Shown piece after piece: positions 38,740 to 48,692 of a DNA stretch of 63,335 bases; positions within the stretch are counted from its first letter, which is position 1; each line of letters starts with the position of its first letter. The notes under the pieces were generated by a model. That model ran no database searches and was not told the origin of the DNA. It worked only from the letters and a program-made list of their open reading frames with translations. A program made the translations under genes and the position numbers. The stretch lies in NCBI GenBank assembly GCA_947090545.1, contig CAMUPC010000001.1, forward strand, positions 1 through 63,335. The letters run 5' to 3'. Origin of the DNA: an uncultured Eubacterium sp. (GTDB taxonomy: Bacteria > Bacillota > Clostridia > Lachnospirales > Lachnospiraceae).

Positions 38740-39066
38740 ATGGATGAAAAAATACAAATTTTGTATCAGCAACTAAAAGATATTACATTTCGCTACTGGG
38801 TTTACCGATTAAGGCAAAACATAGTGAAAACGAAGAAAATTATACCAGAAATACAGGAGTTTGTATTGTGGTTTTTGGAAGAAAATATATTTGGAATTGA
38901 TGAAGAGTTGTATCAGGGATTGAGTAAGAACTTGGTAATTATTTTACAGGATATACTAACAGCATTGCAGGAGGAAGATATGGTACTTTTGCATGATGCG
39001 ATTGCGTATGGACTGCTGGAATATTTAAGATTATTTGTTGATACAGATCAGGAGGCTGAAACATGA
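38740..39066 (+). CDS. Small helical hypothetical protein
   Basis: 108 aa; overlaps the maf start (ATGA); C-terminal ILTALQEEDMVLLHDAIAYGLLEYL. Confidence 0.7.
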   Translation: MDEKIQILYQQLKDITFRYWVYRLRQNIVKTKKIIPEIQEFVLWFLEENIFGIDEELYQGLSKNLVIILQDILTALQEEDMVLLHDAIAYGLLEYLRLFVDTDQEAET

Positions 39067-40949
39067 CATTGTATGAAAAAAATTTGAAAACATTAGCCAA
39101 ATATTATCCCGAAATGGATGAAAGGATTCGGGAAGCAAAAAAAGAAATGTCAGAAGAAATTGAGATTATTGAGGAAATGTCAGATGATGGTGTTCCAATT
39201 CTGAAAATTAAAAAGGATGGCAGAACCTGTTATTTGAATGGAAAGCGCAATGCCATAGAACCAACGAAAATATGGGTTAAGACATTGGGTAAATTAAAAA
39301 AAAATGCTCCTGTGTTAATGGTTGGGCTAGGCAATCCCTGTTATTTAAAAGATCTGGTAGAGCAGACAGAAACGCCGATTGTGATTATTGTTTATGAGCC
39401 ATCCTTGCAGATATTTTTAAAATTTTTAGAAATGGTAGATATTGAGCAGTGGATGCAAAAGCATTTGATTATATTTTGGGTTGATGGGCTCAGGGATATG
39501 GATGAAAAGCATTTACGGGAAGTTATGTATCAGGTATTAATTTATGAAATGCTTGATGCTTCCAGAAATTTAATTTTGCCTAATTACGATATATTGTTTC
39601 CAGAGGAATCTATCCGATTTATGAAAATGTGTCGCGATATCGCAATATCGGAAGCAATGAGTTATAATACGAAAAATAATTTTTCAAATATTATGGTAAA
39701 AAATTTGTTTTCCAATGCCAGATATTTATGTAAAGGTTATACAGTAGCACAACTGCCAGAAGTGATTCCAAGGGATATGCCAGGAATCCTTGTTGCAGCA
39801 GGTCCTTCTTTGAATAAAAATATACACGAATTGAAAAAAGCAAAAGGAAAGGCATTTATTATTGCCGTGGATACGGCGCTAAAACCTCTCATTGAGGCAG
39901 GGATTGTTCCTGATATGTTTGCTATTATAGATGCACAGAAACCACTGGATCTTGTCAAAATAGAGGAAGCAAGAAAAATACCTCTTCTTACAACACTGAA
40001 TGCTGCTCCAGAAGTGCTGGATTACCATACAGGGATGAAATTTTTCTATAATGAGGGATATCAGTTTGCCGAAGAAATTTTTGCAAAAACGGGTCAAAGG
40101 TCAGTAAGAGTAATTGGAGGTGGTTCTGTTGCTACGCACTGCTTTTCGTTTTTATTTGGGATAGGTATTCCAACTGTAATTTTGGTTGGGCAGGATTTGG
40201 CGTATACGGATAATAAATCACATGCGGATGGTACGTTTCATAAAGAAATGGAGCAGGTAGATACATCAGCTTTTATGAAGGTAGAAGGGAATTATGAAGA
40301 TAAAGTCCCTACGAGACTGGATTTTAGACAGTTTTTGAATTGGTATAATTTGTTTATTGCGGAGTGTAAAGCGTATTATAAACGATATGGCCAAGAGTTT
40401 CGTGTGGTTAATGCGACTGAAGGAGGAGCTAAAATAGATCACACGGAGATTATGTCATTAAAAGACATTATTGAACAGGAATGCACAAAAGAAGTAGATA
40501 TACAGGAATGTATGAATAAATTAACGCCAATGTTAGATGAAGAAAATAAAATCTGGGCAGTTGATTATTTGAAAACAATTGCAAGTACATTTCAGAGGTT
40601 AAGCGCACAAACAGTCAAATTAAGAAAACTGTATCAAAAACTGGCTAAGATTAGCAGTAAAATGAATATTGATATAACAGCATATCAAAATATAACAAAA
40701 AAGATAAAAAGGCAAAAGCAAATTCTTGAGAAAGATAATGCATATCAGTTAATTGCAATTACGCTAAATAAAGCCCAATATATATTAAGCAATGAACAGT
40801 TTTTAAGAGAGGATACCATGCAGGCAGAAGGAAAAGAAATTGCGCGTAAAGGGATACTTTATATGGAAAGTGTTGGCAAGATGGCGGAATTATTTAAGGG
40901 ACTTTCGGAAGAAGTGTTTTCGGAAGATGAGTTGAAAAGATTTATTTAG
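39063..40949 (+). CDS. Maf-family (DUF115) flagellin glycosyltransferase
   Basis: LYEKNLKTL, ILVAAGPSLNKNI, IIAVDTAL, GGSVAT, ILVGQDLAY, SHADG, VVNATEGGAKI. Confidence 0.88.
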   Translation: MTLYEKNLKTLAKYYPEMDERIREAKKEMSEEIEIIEEMSDDGVPILKIKKDGRTCYLNGKRNAIEPTKIWVKTLGKLKKNAPVLMVGLGNPCYLKDLVEQTETPIVIIVYEPSLQIFLKFLEMVDIEQWMQKHLIIFWVDGLRDMDEKHLREVMYQVLIYEMLDASRNLILPNYDILFPEESIRFMKMCRDIAISEAMSYNTKNNFSNIMVKNLFSNARYLCKGYTVAQLPEVIPRDMPGILVAAGPSLNKNIHELKKAKGKAFIIAVDTALKPLIEAGIVPDMFAIIDAQKPLDLVKIEEARKIPLLTTLNAAPEVLDYHTGMKFFYNEGYQFAEEIFAKTGQRSVRVIGGGSVATHCFSFLFGIGIPTVILVGQDLAYTDNKSHADGTFHKEMEQVDTSAFMKVEGNYEDKVPTRLDFRQFLNWYNLFIAECKAYYKRYGQEFRVVNATEGGAKIDHTEIMSLKDIIEQECTKEVDIQECMNKLTPMLDEENKIWAVDYLKTIASTFQRLSAQTVKLRKLYQKLAKISSKMNIDITAYQNITKKIKRQKQILEKDNAYQLIAITLNKAQYILSNEQFLREDTMQAEGKEIARKGILYMESVGKMAELFKGLSEEVFSEDELKRFI

Positions 40950-40974
40950 TATTTTAGAAAATAGGAGAAATTAA

Positions 40975-43377
40975 ATGAGTAATGTTTTATTGATTAAGGG
41001 AATATCTCAATATGATGCGATGCGTTATTATATCGAGGAGATAGAGATAGGGTTCCGTTTGGCAGGATATAATACTATATTGCTGGATACATACGAGGGA
41101 TCATTTTTATTCCAATTGGATGAATTGATTAAAAGTGTAAAAATAGATTTAGTATTTACATGTAACGGAATTGTCTATGATTTATTGAGAGAGAGAATGC
41201 CAGATGTTTTATATGTCACATATCTTTGTGACCATCCGGCGGCACATTTTGAAAGACTAAAAACATTTAATAAAAATACCATTGTCTTTACCTGTGATGC
41301 CTTACATGAAAAATTTGTACAAGAATATTATGACAATATTGATTACGCTAAATATATTCCATTAGCAGGGAGCTGCTCTAAAAAACAAGTGCCATATGGA
41401 GAACGGAGATATGACGTTGTGTTTACTGGTACCTATAGCAAACCTGAAGATGCGTACAATCAATTGCTCTCTAATCTTTCAGGTTCCTTAAAACCTTTTG
41501 GGGAATATGTATTAAAAAAGATAATTGATATTCCAGAATTAACAATTGATCAATGTCTGAAAGAATCGCTGGAAGAGTATGGTATGGATGTATCTAAAGA
41601 TGAATTTCTCGAATTAGTTTATGATTTTATATGGGCGGATATATGGGCAAGAAATTATTATAGGGATAAGATGATTCGATGTCTGATTGAAAATGGATTA
41701 GACGTACATGTATTTGGAAACGGCTGGGAGGAGTTTGAAAGTGATTTTAAAGATCATCTGATAATAGAAAAAGGGAATTCGTACCTTGCAAGGAAAGCCG
41801 TGGCAGATGCAAAGATTTCATTAAATATAATGCCTTGGTTTAAAGCCGGATTTCAGGAAAGAATAGCGACAGCTATGTTAAGCGGAAGTGTTGCAGTATC
41901 GGATCAAAGTGATTATATCTGTGATAACTTTACTGATGGTGAAGAAATAGTTTTATTTTCCTTAAGAGATCTCAGTCAATTGCCGGTTAAGATTTGTTCA
42001 TTATTAGAAAATAGAGAAGTTGCAGAAAAAATTGCGATGAAAGGAAAAGAGCGGGCAGAAAACGAATTGACATGGCAGCATCGTACTTTTGATATGATTG
42101 CATATATTAAAGAAGTATATGAATATAATCTGTTTCCTGCGCCATCTTATGGGAATGTCATTAAAATTCCTTATCAGCATAAAAATTCTCAATTAGTAGC
42201 TGTAGATGTTATTAAAGCGATTGATAGTTTATTTGAAATGCTGGAGCATATTCAGCAATATGATCAATTAGAGTTATGTGATATACAGTATTTTTATACT
42301 CAGTATTTGTATTTATTTATGAAAGTAAAAGCTAATTTCCCTGAGGTAGATATTAGTGATTATGTGTATAATTATTTGATGAATGTTGATGAAAAAGATG
42401 TATCAAATGGCATAGATTTATTTGTAATGGAATTGTCAAAATTGCAAAATGCGTTTTTGAAAGCAGAACATAATCGAATTAGGACAGAAAGCGATGGATA
42501 CCAGCAGCGATTGCAATCTTTGGAAAATACACCGAACACATATGCATATAAATTATTGATCCATAAGCTTGAAAACAATTATCGAACATCAGAAGATCCA
42601 GAGATCCAACAAATTTTAGAAAATATTAAAAAACAGGGATATGTTCTGCCTTATAATCAGGATTTTATAAAAAAACATACAATAGCAAAAAAAAATATGC
42701 CAAAAGTATACTATGATGAAGAAGCTGGTATGCATTATGTGTTTTTAGATGATAAAAGAATGTATTATCCAAAAGGACATTCTGAGGGATCAGTTTTAGG
42801 ACAAGTTTGCTTCTGTTGCTTAGAACAGGATGAAAATTCTCCGCACCGTTATTTAGATGAAACATTTCAGGTCATGGAAGGTGATATCGTTATTGACGCA
42901 GGAGTAGCAGAGGGTAATTTTGCTCTTTGTGTTGTAGAAAAGGCAAAAAAGGTTTATCTTGTAGAATGTGAACATGAGTGGGTAGAGGCATTAGAGAAAA
43001 CGTTTGAACCTTGGCGAGAAAAGGTTGTTATAATTGAGAAAATGCTAGGAAATCAGGATGACGATACTCATATTATGATTGATAGTTTTGTTGAGGAAGG
43101 TGAGGTTAATTTTATTAAATTGGATGTTGAGGGAGCTGAGATAGATTCACTAAAAGGAGCATCTAAAGTTTTAGATAATAGTAAACATGCTAAATGTGCA
43201 ATTTGTGCATATCATAGAAAATATGCAGAGAAAGATATACGTGTATTTTTAGAAGAAAAAGGGTTTTATACAACAACTACGAAAGGATATATGTTCTTTA
43301 AAGAAGATATGGATAGTTGGACAGATGGAGAATTGAGAAGAGGAATAGTAAGAGCAGTGAAAGATATTATTGAATGA
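40975..43377 (+). CDS. Glycosyltransferase (CgeB/GT-B-like) fused to a C-terminal FkbM-type methyltransferase
   Basis: N-half: YDVVFTGTY, VFGNGW, KISLNIMPWFKAGFQERI. C-terminus: VIDAGVAEGNF, FIKLDVEGAE, AICAYH. Confidence 0.8.
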   Translation: MSNVLLIKGISQYDAMRYYIEEIEIGFRLAGYNTILLDTYEGSFLFQLDELIKSVKIDLVFTCNGIVYDLLRERMPDVLYVTYLCDHPAAHFERLKTFNKNTIVFTCDALHEKFVQEYYDNIDYAKYIPLAGSCSKKQVPYGERRYDVVFTGTYSKPEDAYNQLLSNLSGSLKPFGEYVLKKIIDIPELTIDQCLKESLEEYGMDVSKDEFLELVYDFIWADIWARNYYRDKMIRCLIENGLDVHVFGNGWEEFESDFKDHLIIEKGNSYLARKAVADAKISLNIMPWFKAGFQERIATAMLSGSVAVSDQSDYICDNFTDGEEIVLFSLRDLSQLPVKICSLLENREVAEKIAMKGKERAENELTWQHRTFDMIAYIKEVYEYNLFPAPSYGNVIKIPYQHKNSQLVAVDVIKAIDSLFEMLEHIQQYDQLELCDIQYFYTQYLYLFMKVKANFPEVDISDYVYNYLMNVDEKDVSNGIDLFVMELSKLQNAFLKAEHNRIRTESDGYQQRLQSLENTPNTYAYKLLIHKLENNYRTSEDPEIQQILENIKKQGYVLPYNQDFIKKHTIAKKNMPKVYYDEEAGMHYVFLDDKRMYYPKGHSEGSVLGQVCFCCLEQDENSPHRYLDETFQVMEGDIVIDAGVAEGNFALCVVEKAKKVYLVECEHEWVEALEKTFEPWREKVVIIEKMLGNQDDDTHIMIDSFVEEGEVNFIKLDVEGAEIDSLKGASKVLDNSKHAKCAICAYHRKYAEKDIRVFLEEKGFYTTTTKGYMFFKEDMDSWTDGELRRGIVRAVKDIIE

Positions 43378-43465
43378 GAATGATTGTTAGGGTGAATATG
43401 TGAATACAATTTAGTGTGAATCTTATGAAGATAATTTATTAAAAAATGGAAAGGGGTAGTTAAGT

Positions 43466-44593
43466 GTGAAAGATTTATCGAAATATTTAGAAATAATCAT
43501 ATGGGGAGCAGCATTTTCACCAACCGAAGTGGAAGATGTTGCTACTTCGCATGGTTATGCAGGCGATAGATTGTATAAGCTTCTGAATGAAAATGGTTAT
43601 GGGGATAAATTAATATTTTTTGTAGATAGCAATGAAAGGCTATATAATAAAAACAGGTTTGGGAAGAAAGTGAAGCCGCCAACAGAAATATTAAAACATC
43701 CTAAAGCATTGGTTATTATCAATTCATTATCTATGAAAGCTATTCGTGATACTATGGATAATTTGCATATTTGCAATGATTGTATGATTATTCCATATTA
43801 TTTTTATCATGGAGTGCTGGGACATCCATACGATAAGATAACAGCTCAAACACACATGATTAATTATCGTGATAAAATATTAAAGCTTTATGAGATCTCA
43901 GATGAACAGACAAAGAGATACCTTGATATTATTATAGATTTAAGGCGAAAAGCGGTGGATGATTTATATGAGAAAGAGTTTTATGAAGGAACAGGGGACA
44001 ATCTGGAATATTTTTGTGATCCACAATTGGCACCTTTAGGTGATGTAACCTACATCGATATTGGAGCGTTTGAGGGAGAAAGTATCGAACCTGTAAAAGA
44101 ATTTTATAGAGATAGATTACGAAAATGCATTGCATTTGAACCAGATACAAATTCATTGTTAAAACTTAAAAAATATATATCTCAAAATAAGATGGTAGAG
44201 CGAACAGCTATTTTGCCATATGCGTTAGGTTCGGAAGATAAGACAATACATTTTCAGGAGACAGGATCTACATCAAAGCAGACAGATCAAGGTAGTATAG
44301 AAGTAGAACAAAGGGAATTTGATAAATTAAAAGACATTCAAATTGTTGGAGAAGCTATGGTAAAGATGGATATAGAAGGAGGTGAATTAGATGCTCTAAA
44401 AGGAATGAAAAAAATGATAAAGGAACGGCAGCCTTATTTGGCAATATGCATCTATCATAAGGAAGCGGATTTGTATGATATACCGAATTATATCAAAAGT
44501 ATATATTCAGGTTATCGCTTCTTTATTCGTGGAGGATGGCATTTAGAGTGTTGGGCTGTTCCAGAAAGACATTTTCAGAAGGAGAATAACTAA
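43466..44593 (+). CDS. FkbM-family methyltransferase
   Basis: YIDIGAFEGES, AFEPD, VKMDIEGGELDALKG, LAICIYHK. Confidence 0.9.
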   Translation: MKDLSKYLEIIIWGAAFSPTEVEDVATSHGYAGDRLYKLLNENGYGDKLIFFVDSNERLYNKNRFGKKVKPPTEILKHPKALVIINSLSMKAIRDTMDNLHICNDCMIIPYYFYHGVLGHPYDKITAQTHMINYRDKILKLYEISDEQTKRYLDIIIDLRRKAVDDLYEKEFYEGTGDNLEYFCDPQLAPLGDVTYIDIGAFEGESIEPVKEFYRDRLRKCIAFEPDTNSLLKLKKYISQNKMVERTAILPYALGSEDKTIHFQETGSTSKQTDQGSIEVEQREFDKLKDIQIVGEAMVKMDIEGGELDALKGMKKMIKERQPYLAICIYHKEADLYDIPNYIKSIYSGYRFFIRGGWHLECWAVPERHFQKENN

Positions 44594-44595
44594 CT

Positions 44596-44853
44596 ATGGA
44601 TAGAAAATCAATTTTTAATAAAGTACAGGATATTTTTAGAGAAATTTTTGCTGATGAAACCTTAAAAATTAGTGATAAAATGACTGCGAATGATTTAGAG
44701 TCATGGGATAGTATTATGCATATTAATTTAATGGAAGCAATACAAGATGAGTTTAATATTCTATTTGATTTTGATGAGATCGCTGAAATGGTGGAAGTTA
44801 ACGACATTATTAGCGCTGTTAGTAACAAAGTAGAAGAAATAAAAAAGATCTAG
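44596..44853 (+). CDS. Acyl carrier protein
   Basis: 85 aa, acidic; WDSIMHINL contains the phosphopantetheine serine. Confidence 0.9.
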   Translation: MDRKSIFNKVQDIFREIFADETLKISDKMTANDLESWDSIMHINLMEAIQDEFNILFDFDEIAEMVEVNDIISAVSNKVEEIKKI

Positions 44854-44863
44854 GGGATTAGAA

Positions 44864-45856
44864 ATGGGAAAATGCAGAGTAAGATTAGCTACATATGATG
44901 ATGTTCCTGCAATCATGCGTTTTATCGATCAATATTGGAAAAAGGATCATATTCTAGCAACAAACAGAACATTATTTGAGTGGCAATATATATGTGATGA
45001 AAGGGTCAATTTTATAATTGGTATAGATAATTTGAATAATATCCAAGGTATTTTGGGATTTATACCATATAGCATTAGAAATGATAAAGATCTTTCTTTA
45101 GCATTATGGAAAGCGAATCAAGAGCAGCAATTTCTGGGCATAAGACTGATGTCACATTTAATAAAGGAAATTCCGCATAAAAATATTGTGTGTACTGGGA
45201 TTAATATGGAAACGACATCGAAGATCTATGAACGAATGGGAATGAACATAGGAACAATGACACAGTGGTATCGATTAACATCCAGAAAAGAATATAAAGT
45301 AGCGGTTGTGATGAACACGGAAATTCCATATGTACAACCGTCAGTATGCTCGTTGCAACTAATAAAAGATTTTTCGCAAGTAGAATCCGTCTTTGATTTC
45401 ATGCAGTCTAAAGAAAATAATATTCCGTATAAAAGTAAGGAATATGTTAGAAAGAGATATTATGAGCATCCGATTTATCAATATCTTGTGTATGGGGTCA
45501 AAGAGAAAGACGGTAATATTAGTGCATTGATTGTATTACGAATACAAAATTACTGTGATTCTAGGGTTTTTCGATTTGTTGATTGTATAGGTAATATCAA
45601 TGTACTAAAAACGATAACATCAGAATTGGATCGTCTGATGATAGAAAATCAAGTTGAATATATAGATATGTATGAAACAGGAATACAGCAGAATATATTA
45701 AGGGAGGCTGGTTGGATTTTAGTAAAGGAGTCAGGAAATATCATTCCTAATTATTTCTCACCATATGTACAGAGGACAGTAGATATACATTACTGTAAAT
45801 CTGATGTGAATGCGATTTTATTTAGAGGAGATGGTGACCAGGATAGGCCAAGTTAA
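44864..45856 (+). CDS. Hypothetical protein, possible GNAT-fold acyltransferase
   Basis: VRLATYDDVPAIMRFI...W.KDHIL...FEWQY; ends FRGDGDQDRP; lies between the ACP and FkbH genes. Confidence 0.5.
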   Translation: MGKCRVRLATYDDVPAIMRFIDQYWKKDHILATNRTLFEWQYICDERVNFIIGIDNLNNIQGILGFIPYSIRNDKDLSLALWKANQEQQFLGIRLMSHLIKEIPHKNIVCTGINMETTSKIYERMGMNIGTMTQWYRLTSRKEYKVAVVMNTEIPYVQPSVCSLQLIKDFSQVESVFDFMQSKENNIPYKSKEYVRKRYYEHPIYQYLVYGVKEKDGNISALIVLRIQNYCDSRVFRFVDCIGNINVLKTITSELDRLMIENQVEYIDMYETGIQQNILREAGWILVKESGNIIPNYFSPYVQRTVDIHYCKSDVNAILFRGDGDQDRPS

Positions 45857-45874
45857 AGGGTAAGGTGATTAGAA

Positions 45875-47653
45875 TTGAAGTATTTTCAATATCCGCTTGA
45901 TGCAAAGAATTTGTTACGGAATAAGGGGTTTATAAAAAAAGAATTAATGAGTTCAAGCTCTGAATGGATTTATAAAAAGATCGCTATTTTAGGAGGGTCT
46001 ACAACGAATGAAATTGCAGATCAGCTTGAATTGTTTTTGCTTCATTATGGTATAAAAGCTGAATTTTATCAGTCTGATTACGGGCAATATTGGCAGGATT
46101 CTATATTTGGCAATCATCATTTAGAAGCGTTCAGGCCAGATCTTATTTATATACATACAAGCTGGAGAAATATCAGGCAATTTCCTACAGTAATTAATAC
46201 GAAAGAGGAAGTTGAAGATATGGTAGAGAAAGAATATCAATATTTTGAATCAATGTGGCTTGCTTTGGATCAAAGGATGCATTGTCCCATTATTCAAAAT
46301 AATTTTGACCGACCAAATTATCGATTGATGGGTAATCGGGATATATGGGATTATAGGGGAAGAAGTAATTACATTTCTCGGCTGAATCAAAAGTTTTATT
46401 CATATGCACAGATACATGATAACTTTTATATCAATGACTTAGAGTTTATTGCACAAGATTTTGGTCTAGCAGAGTGGGGAAATTCTCGTTACTGGCATAT
46501 GTATAAATATGCCATGTGTTTTAATGCGATTCCTTATGTTGCGGATAGTATAGCTAAGATTATAAAGTCTTTATATGGGAAAAATAAAAAGGTACTGGCG
46601 GTGGATTTAGATAATACGCTTTGGGGTGGTATTGTTGGCGATGACGGAGTAGAAGGAATCCAAATTGGACAAGAAATGCCTAAAGGCCAGGTGTTTTATG
46701 AATTTCAGAATTATCTTAAGGATTTACAGCAGATAGGGGTAGTTCTGGCAGTGGATTCTAAGAACGAAGTTGAAAATGCATTGGCAGGGTTAAATCATCC
46801 AGATGGAATACTCAAACCAGATGATTTTGTGAAAATAATGGCAAATTGGGAGCCGAAAGACCATAATTTGGTAGTAATGGCAAATGATTTATCCTTGGGA
46901 ATCGATAGTTTTGTGTTTGTAGATGATAATCCTGCGGAACGAGAGTTAGTATCTGCTCAGTTACCTGAAATAGCAGTACCTGAAATGGATCGGGCGGAAA
47001 ATTATATATGCATTTTGGATCACGAGGGTTTTTTTGAAACGACAGTTTTGTCTAAAGAAGATATAAATAAAACTGAAAAATACCGTGCGAAGTCTGAAGC
47101 GAAGCAACAAATGGCGTTATTTAAATCTTATGAGGAATATCTACAGAGTTTGCAGATGAAGGCTGTTATAGAAGATTTTAAGCCCATTAATATACAAAGA
47201 ATTGCACAGTTAACTAACAAGTCAAACCAGTTTAATTTGACAACATTGAGGTGCTCAGAAGATGATATCAGAGAAATGCAAAAAAATGATCATTATATTT
47301 GCTTATGTGCCAGATTATTTGATAAGTTTGGGGATCATGGATTAGTGATAGTTACTGTAGGAGAAATTATAGGCGTTGAGCTGCATATTAAATTGCTTCT
47401 TATGAGTTGTCGAGTATTAAAACGTGGATTGGAAGATATGATAATGAATGCAATTGTGAATATGGCAAAAGAAAAAGGATTAGAGAAGATGATGGGTTAT
47501 TATTATCCAACGGTAAAAAATAATATGGTTAAAATGTTTTATAGTGATATGGGTTTTCAGAAAAAATCGGAAGATGAAAGAGGAAACACTGTATGGGAAA
47601 TTGAGTTAAAGAAATATGTACCGAAAAAAACATTTATTACTAGCGGTGAGTAA
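45875..47653 (+). CDS. FkbH-like HAD-IIIC protein (glyceryl-ACP loading)
   Basis: KVLAVDLDNTLWGG, SKN, NWEPK, FVFVDDNPAER, RIAQLTNKSNQFNLTT, DKFGDHG, LLMSCRVL. Confidence 0.92.
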   Translation: MKYFQYPLDAKNLLRNKGFIKKELMSSSSEWIYKKIAILGGSTTNEIADQLELFLLHYGIKAEFYQSDYGQYWQDSIFGNHHLEAFRPDLIYIHTSWRNIRQFPTVINTKEEVEDMVEKEYQYFESMWLALDQRMHCPIIQNNFDRPNYRLMGNRDIWDYRGRSNYISRLNQKFYSYAQIHDNFYINDLEFIAQDFGLAEWGNSRYWHMYKYAMCFNAIPYVADSIAKIIKSLYGKNKKVLAVDLDNTLWGGIVGDDGVEGIQIGQEMPKGQVFYEFQNYLKDLQQIGVVLAVDSKNEVENALAGLNHPDGILKPDDFVKIMANWEPKDHNLVVMANDLSLGIDSFVFVDDNPAERELVSAQLPEIAVPEMDRAENYICILDHEGFFETTVLSKEDINKTEKYRAKSEAKQQMALFKSYEEYLQSLQMKAVIEDFKPINIQRIAQLTNKSNQFNLTTLRCSEDDIREMQKNDHYICLCARLFDKFGDHGLVIVTVGEIIGVELHIKLLLMSCRVLKRGLEDMIMNAIVNMAKEKGLEKMMGYYYPTVKNNMVKMFYSDMGFQKKSEDERGNTVWEIELKKYVPKKTFITSGE

Positions 47654-47706
47654 AGAATTATCCTTATTAAATGTCTGATAAAAGAAGAGAGTGGGATTAA
47701 GATATT

Positions 47707-48684
47707 ATGAGTAAGCTATATATTGTTATGTATCATTATGTGCGAGATTTGAGAAATAGCCGTTATCCAGGAATTAAGGGTTTGGATTATAAATTATTTA
47801 AAGATCAGATTGCGTTTTTTGCAAAATATTTTCATGTGATAACAATGGAAGAAGTAATAAATTTTTTCGGGGGGGGGGATGGAGGGTCAGAGAATTACTT
47901 GCCTGAGAATTCGTTATTGTTGACGTTTGATGATGGCTATATTGATAATTATACATTTGTACTGCCGATTTTAAAAAAGTACCATATGCAGGGTTCATTT
48001 TTTGTGCCAGGAAAGGTATTTACGGAACATTGTTTATTAGATGTAAATAAAATACATTTTTTACTTGCTAAGGTGCCAATAGATATTTTAAATAAAGAAT
48101 TGTTAAAACAAATGGACGAGTATAGAGGAGGTGAATGGCAGTATCCTTCCAATCAGGAATTATATAGGAAATACGCATTAGCAAATCGTTTTGATGATGA
48201 AAAAACAGTATTTATAAAACGGGTTCTTCAAGTTGGGCTCCCAGAACGAGTGAGAAACATGATCTGTAGTAATTTGTTTAAAAAATATATAGAAGTACCC
48301 GAAGAAGTTTTAGCGAGGGAAATTTATTTAAGTTATGATCAGATGGTATTTATGAAGCAGTCAGGGATGTTTTTCGGTATTCATGGATATGAGCATAGTT
48401 GGATGAACAGCTTACAGAAAGGAGAATTAAAAAAAGATCTAAAAAAAGCATTAGAATGTATGCGAGATTTAATAGATAAAAATTGTTGGGTTATTAATTA
48501 TCCATATGGTTCTTACAGCAGAGACGTACTTGATAGTTTAAAAGATACTGGATGTGTGTGTGGTTTATCAACGGATTTAGGAATTGCGGATTTGAATAAG
48601 GACAATAGATTCATATTACCAAGGTTGGATACAAACGATTTTCCACCTAAAAGTAATCATTATAAAGAATTTAAAGTTTTTTGA
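47707..48684 (+). CDS. Polysaccharide deacetylase (CE4-like) containing a poly-G tract
   Basis: VMYHYVR, LLTFDDGY, GIHGYEH, NYPYG, LPRLDTND. Confidence 0.88.
   Translation: MSKLYIVMYHYVRDLRNSRYPGIKGLDYKLFKDQIAFFAKYFHVITMEEVINFFGGGDGGSENYLPENSLLLTFDDGYIDNYTFVLPILKKYHMQGSFFVPGKVFTEHCLLDVNKIHFLLAKVPIDILNKELLKQMDEYRGGEWQYPSNQELYRKYALANRFDDEKTVFIKRVLQVGLPERVRNMICSNLFKKYIEVPEEVLAREIYLSYDQMVFMKQSGMFFGIHGYEHSWMNSLQKGELKKDLKKALECMRDLIDKNCWVINYPYGSYSRDVLDSLKDTGCVCGLSTDLGIADLNKDNRFILPRLDTNDFPPKSNHYKEFKVF
47869..47878. repeat. G10 homopolymer (putative phase-variation tract)
   Basis: TTTTTTC-GGGGGGGGGG-AT in an AT-rich CDS; reading frame currently intact. Confidence 0.85.
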
Positions 48685-48692
48685 GGTATGGA

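Noticed and set aside
42687-42695. A9 tract in the GT-FkbM gene as a phase-variation site
   Set aside because: A-runs of this length are expected in such AT-rich, Lys-rich coding DNA.
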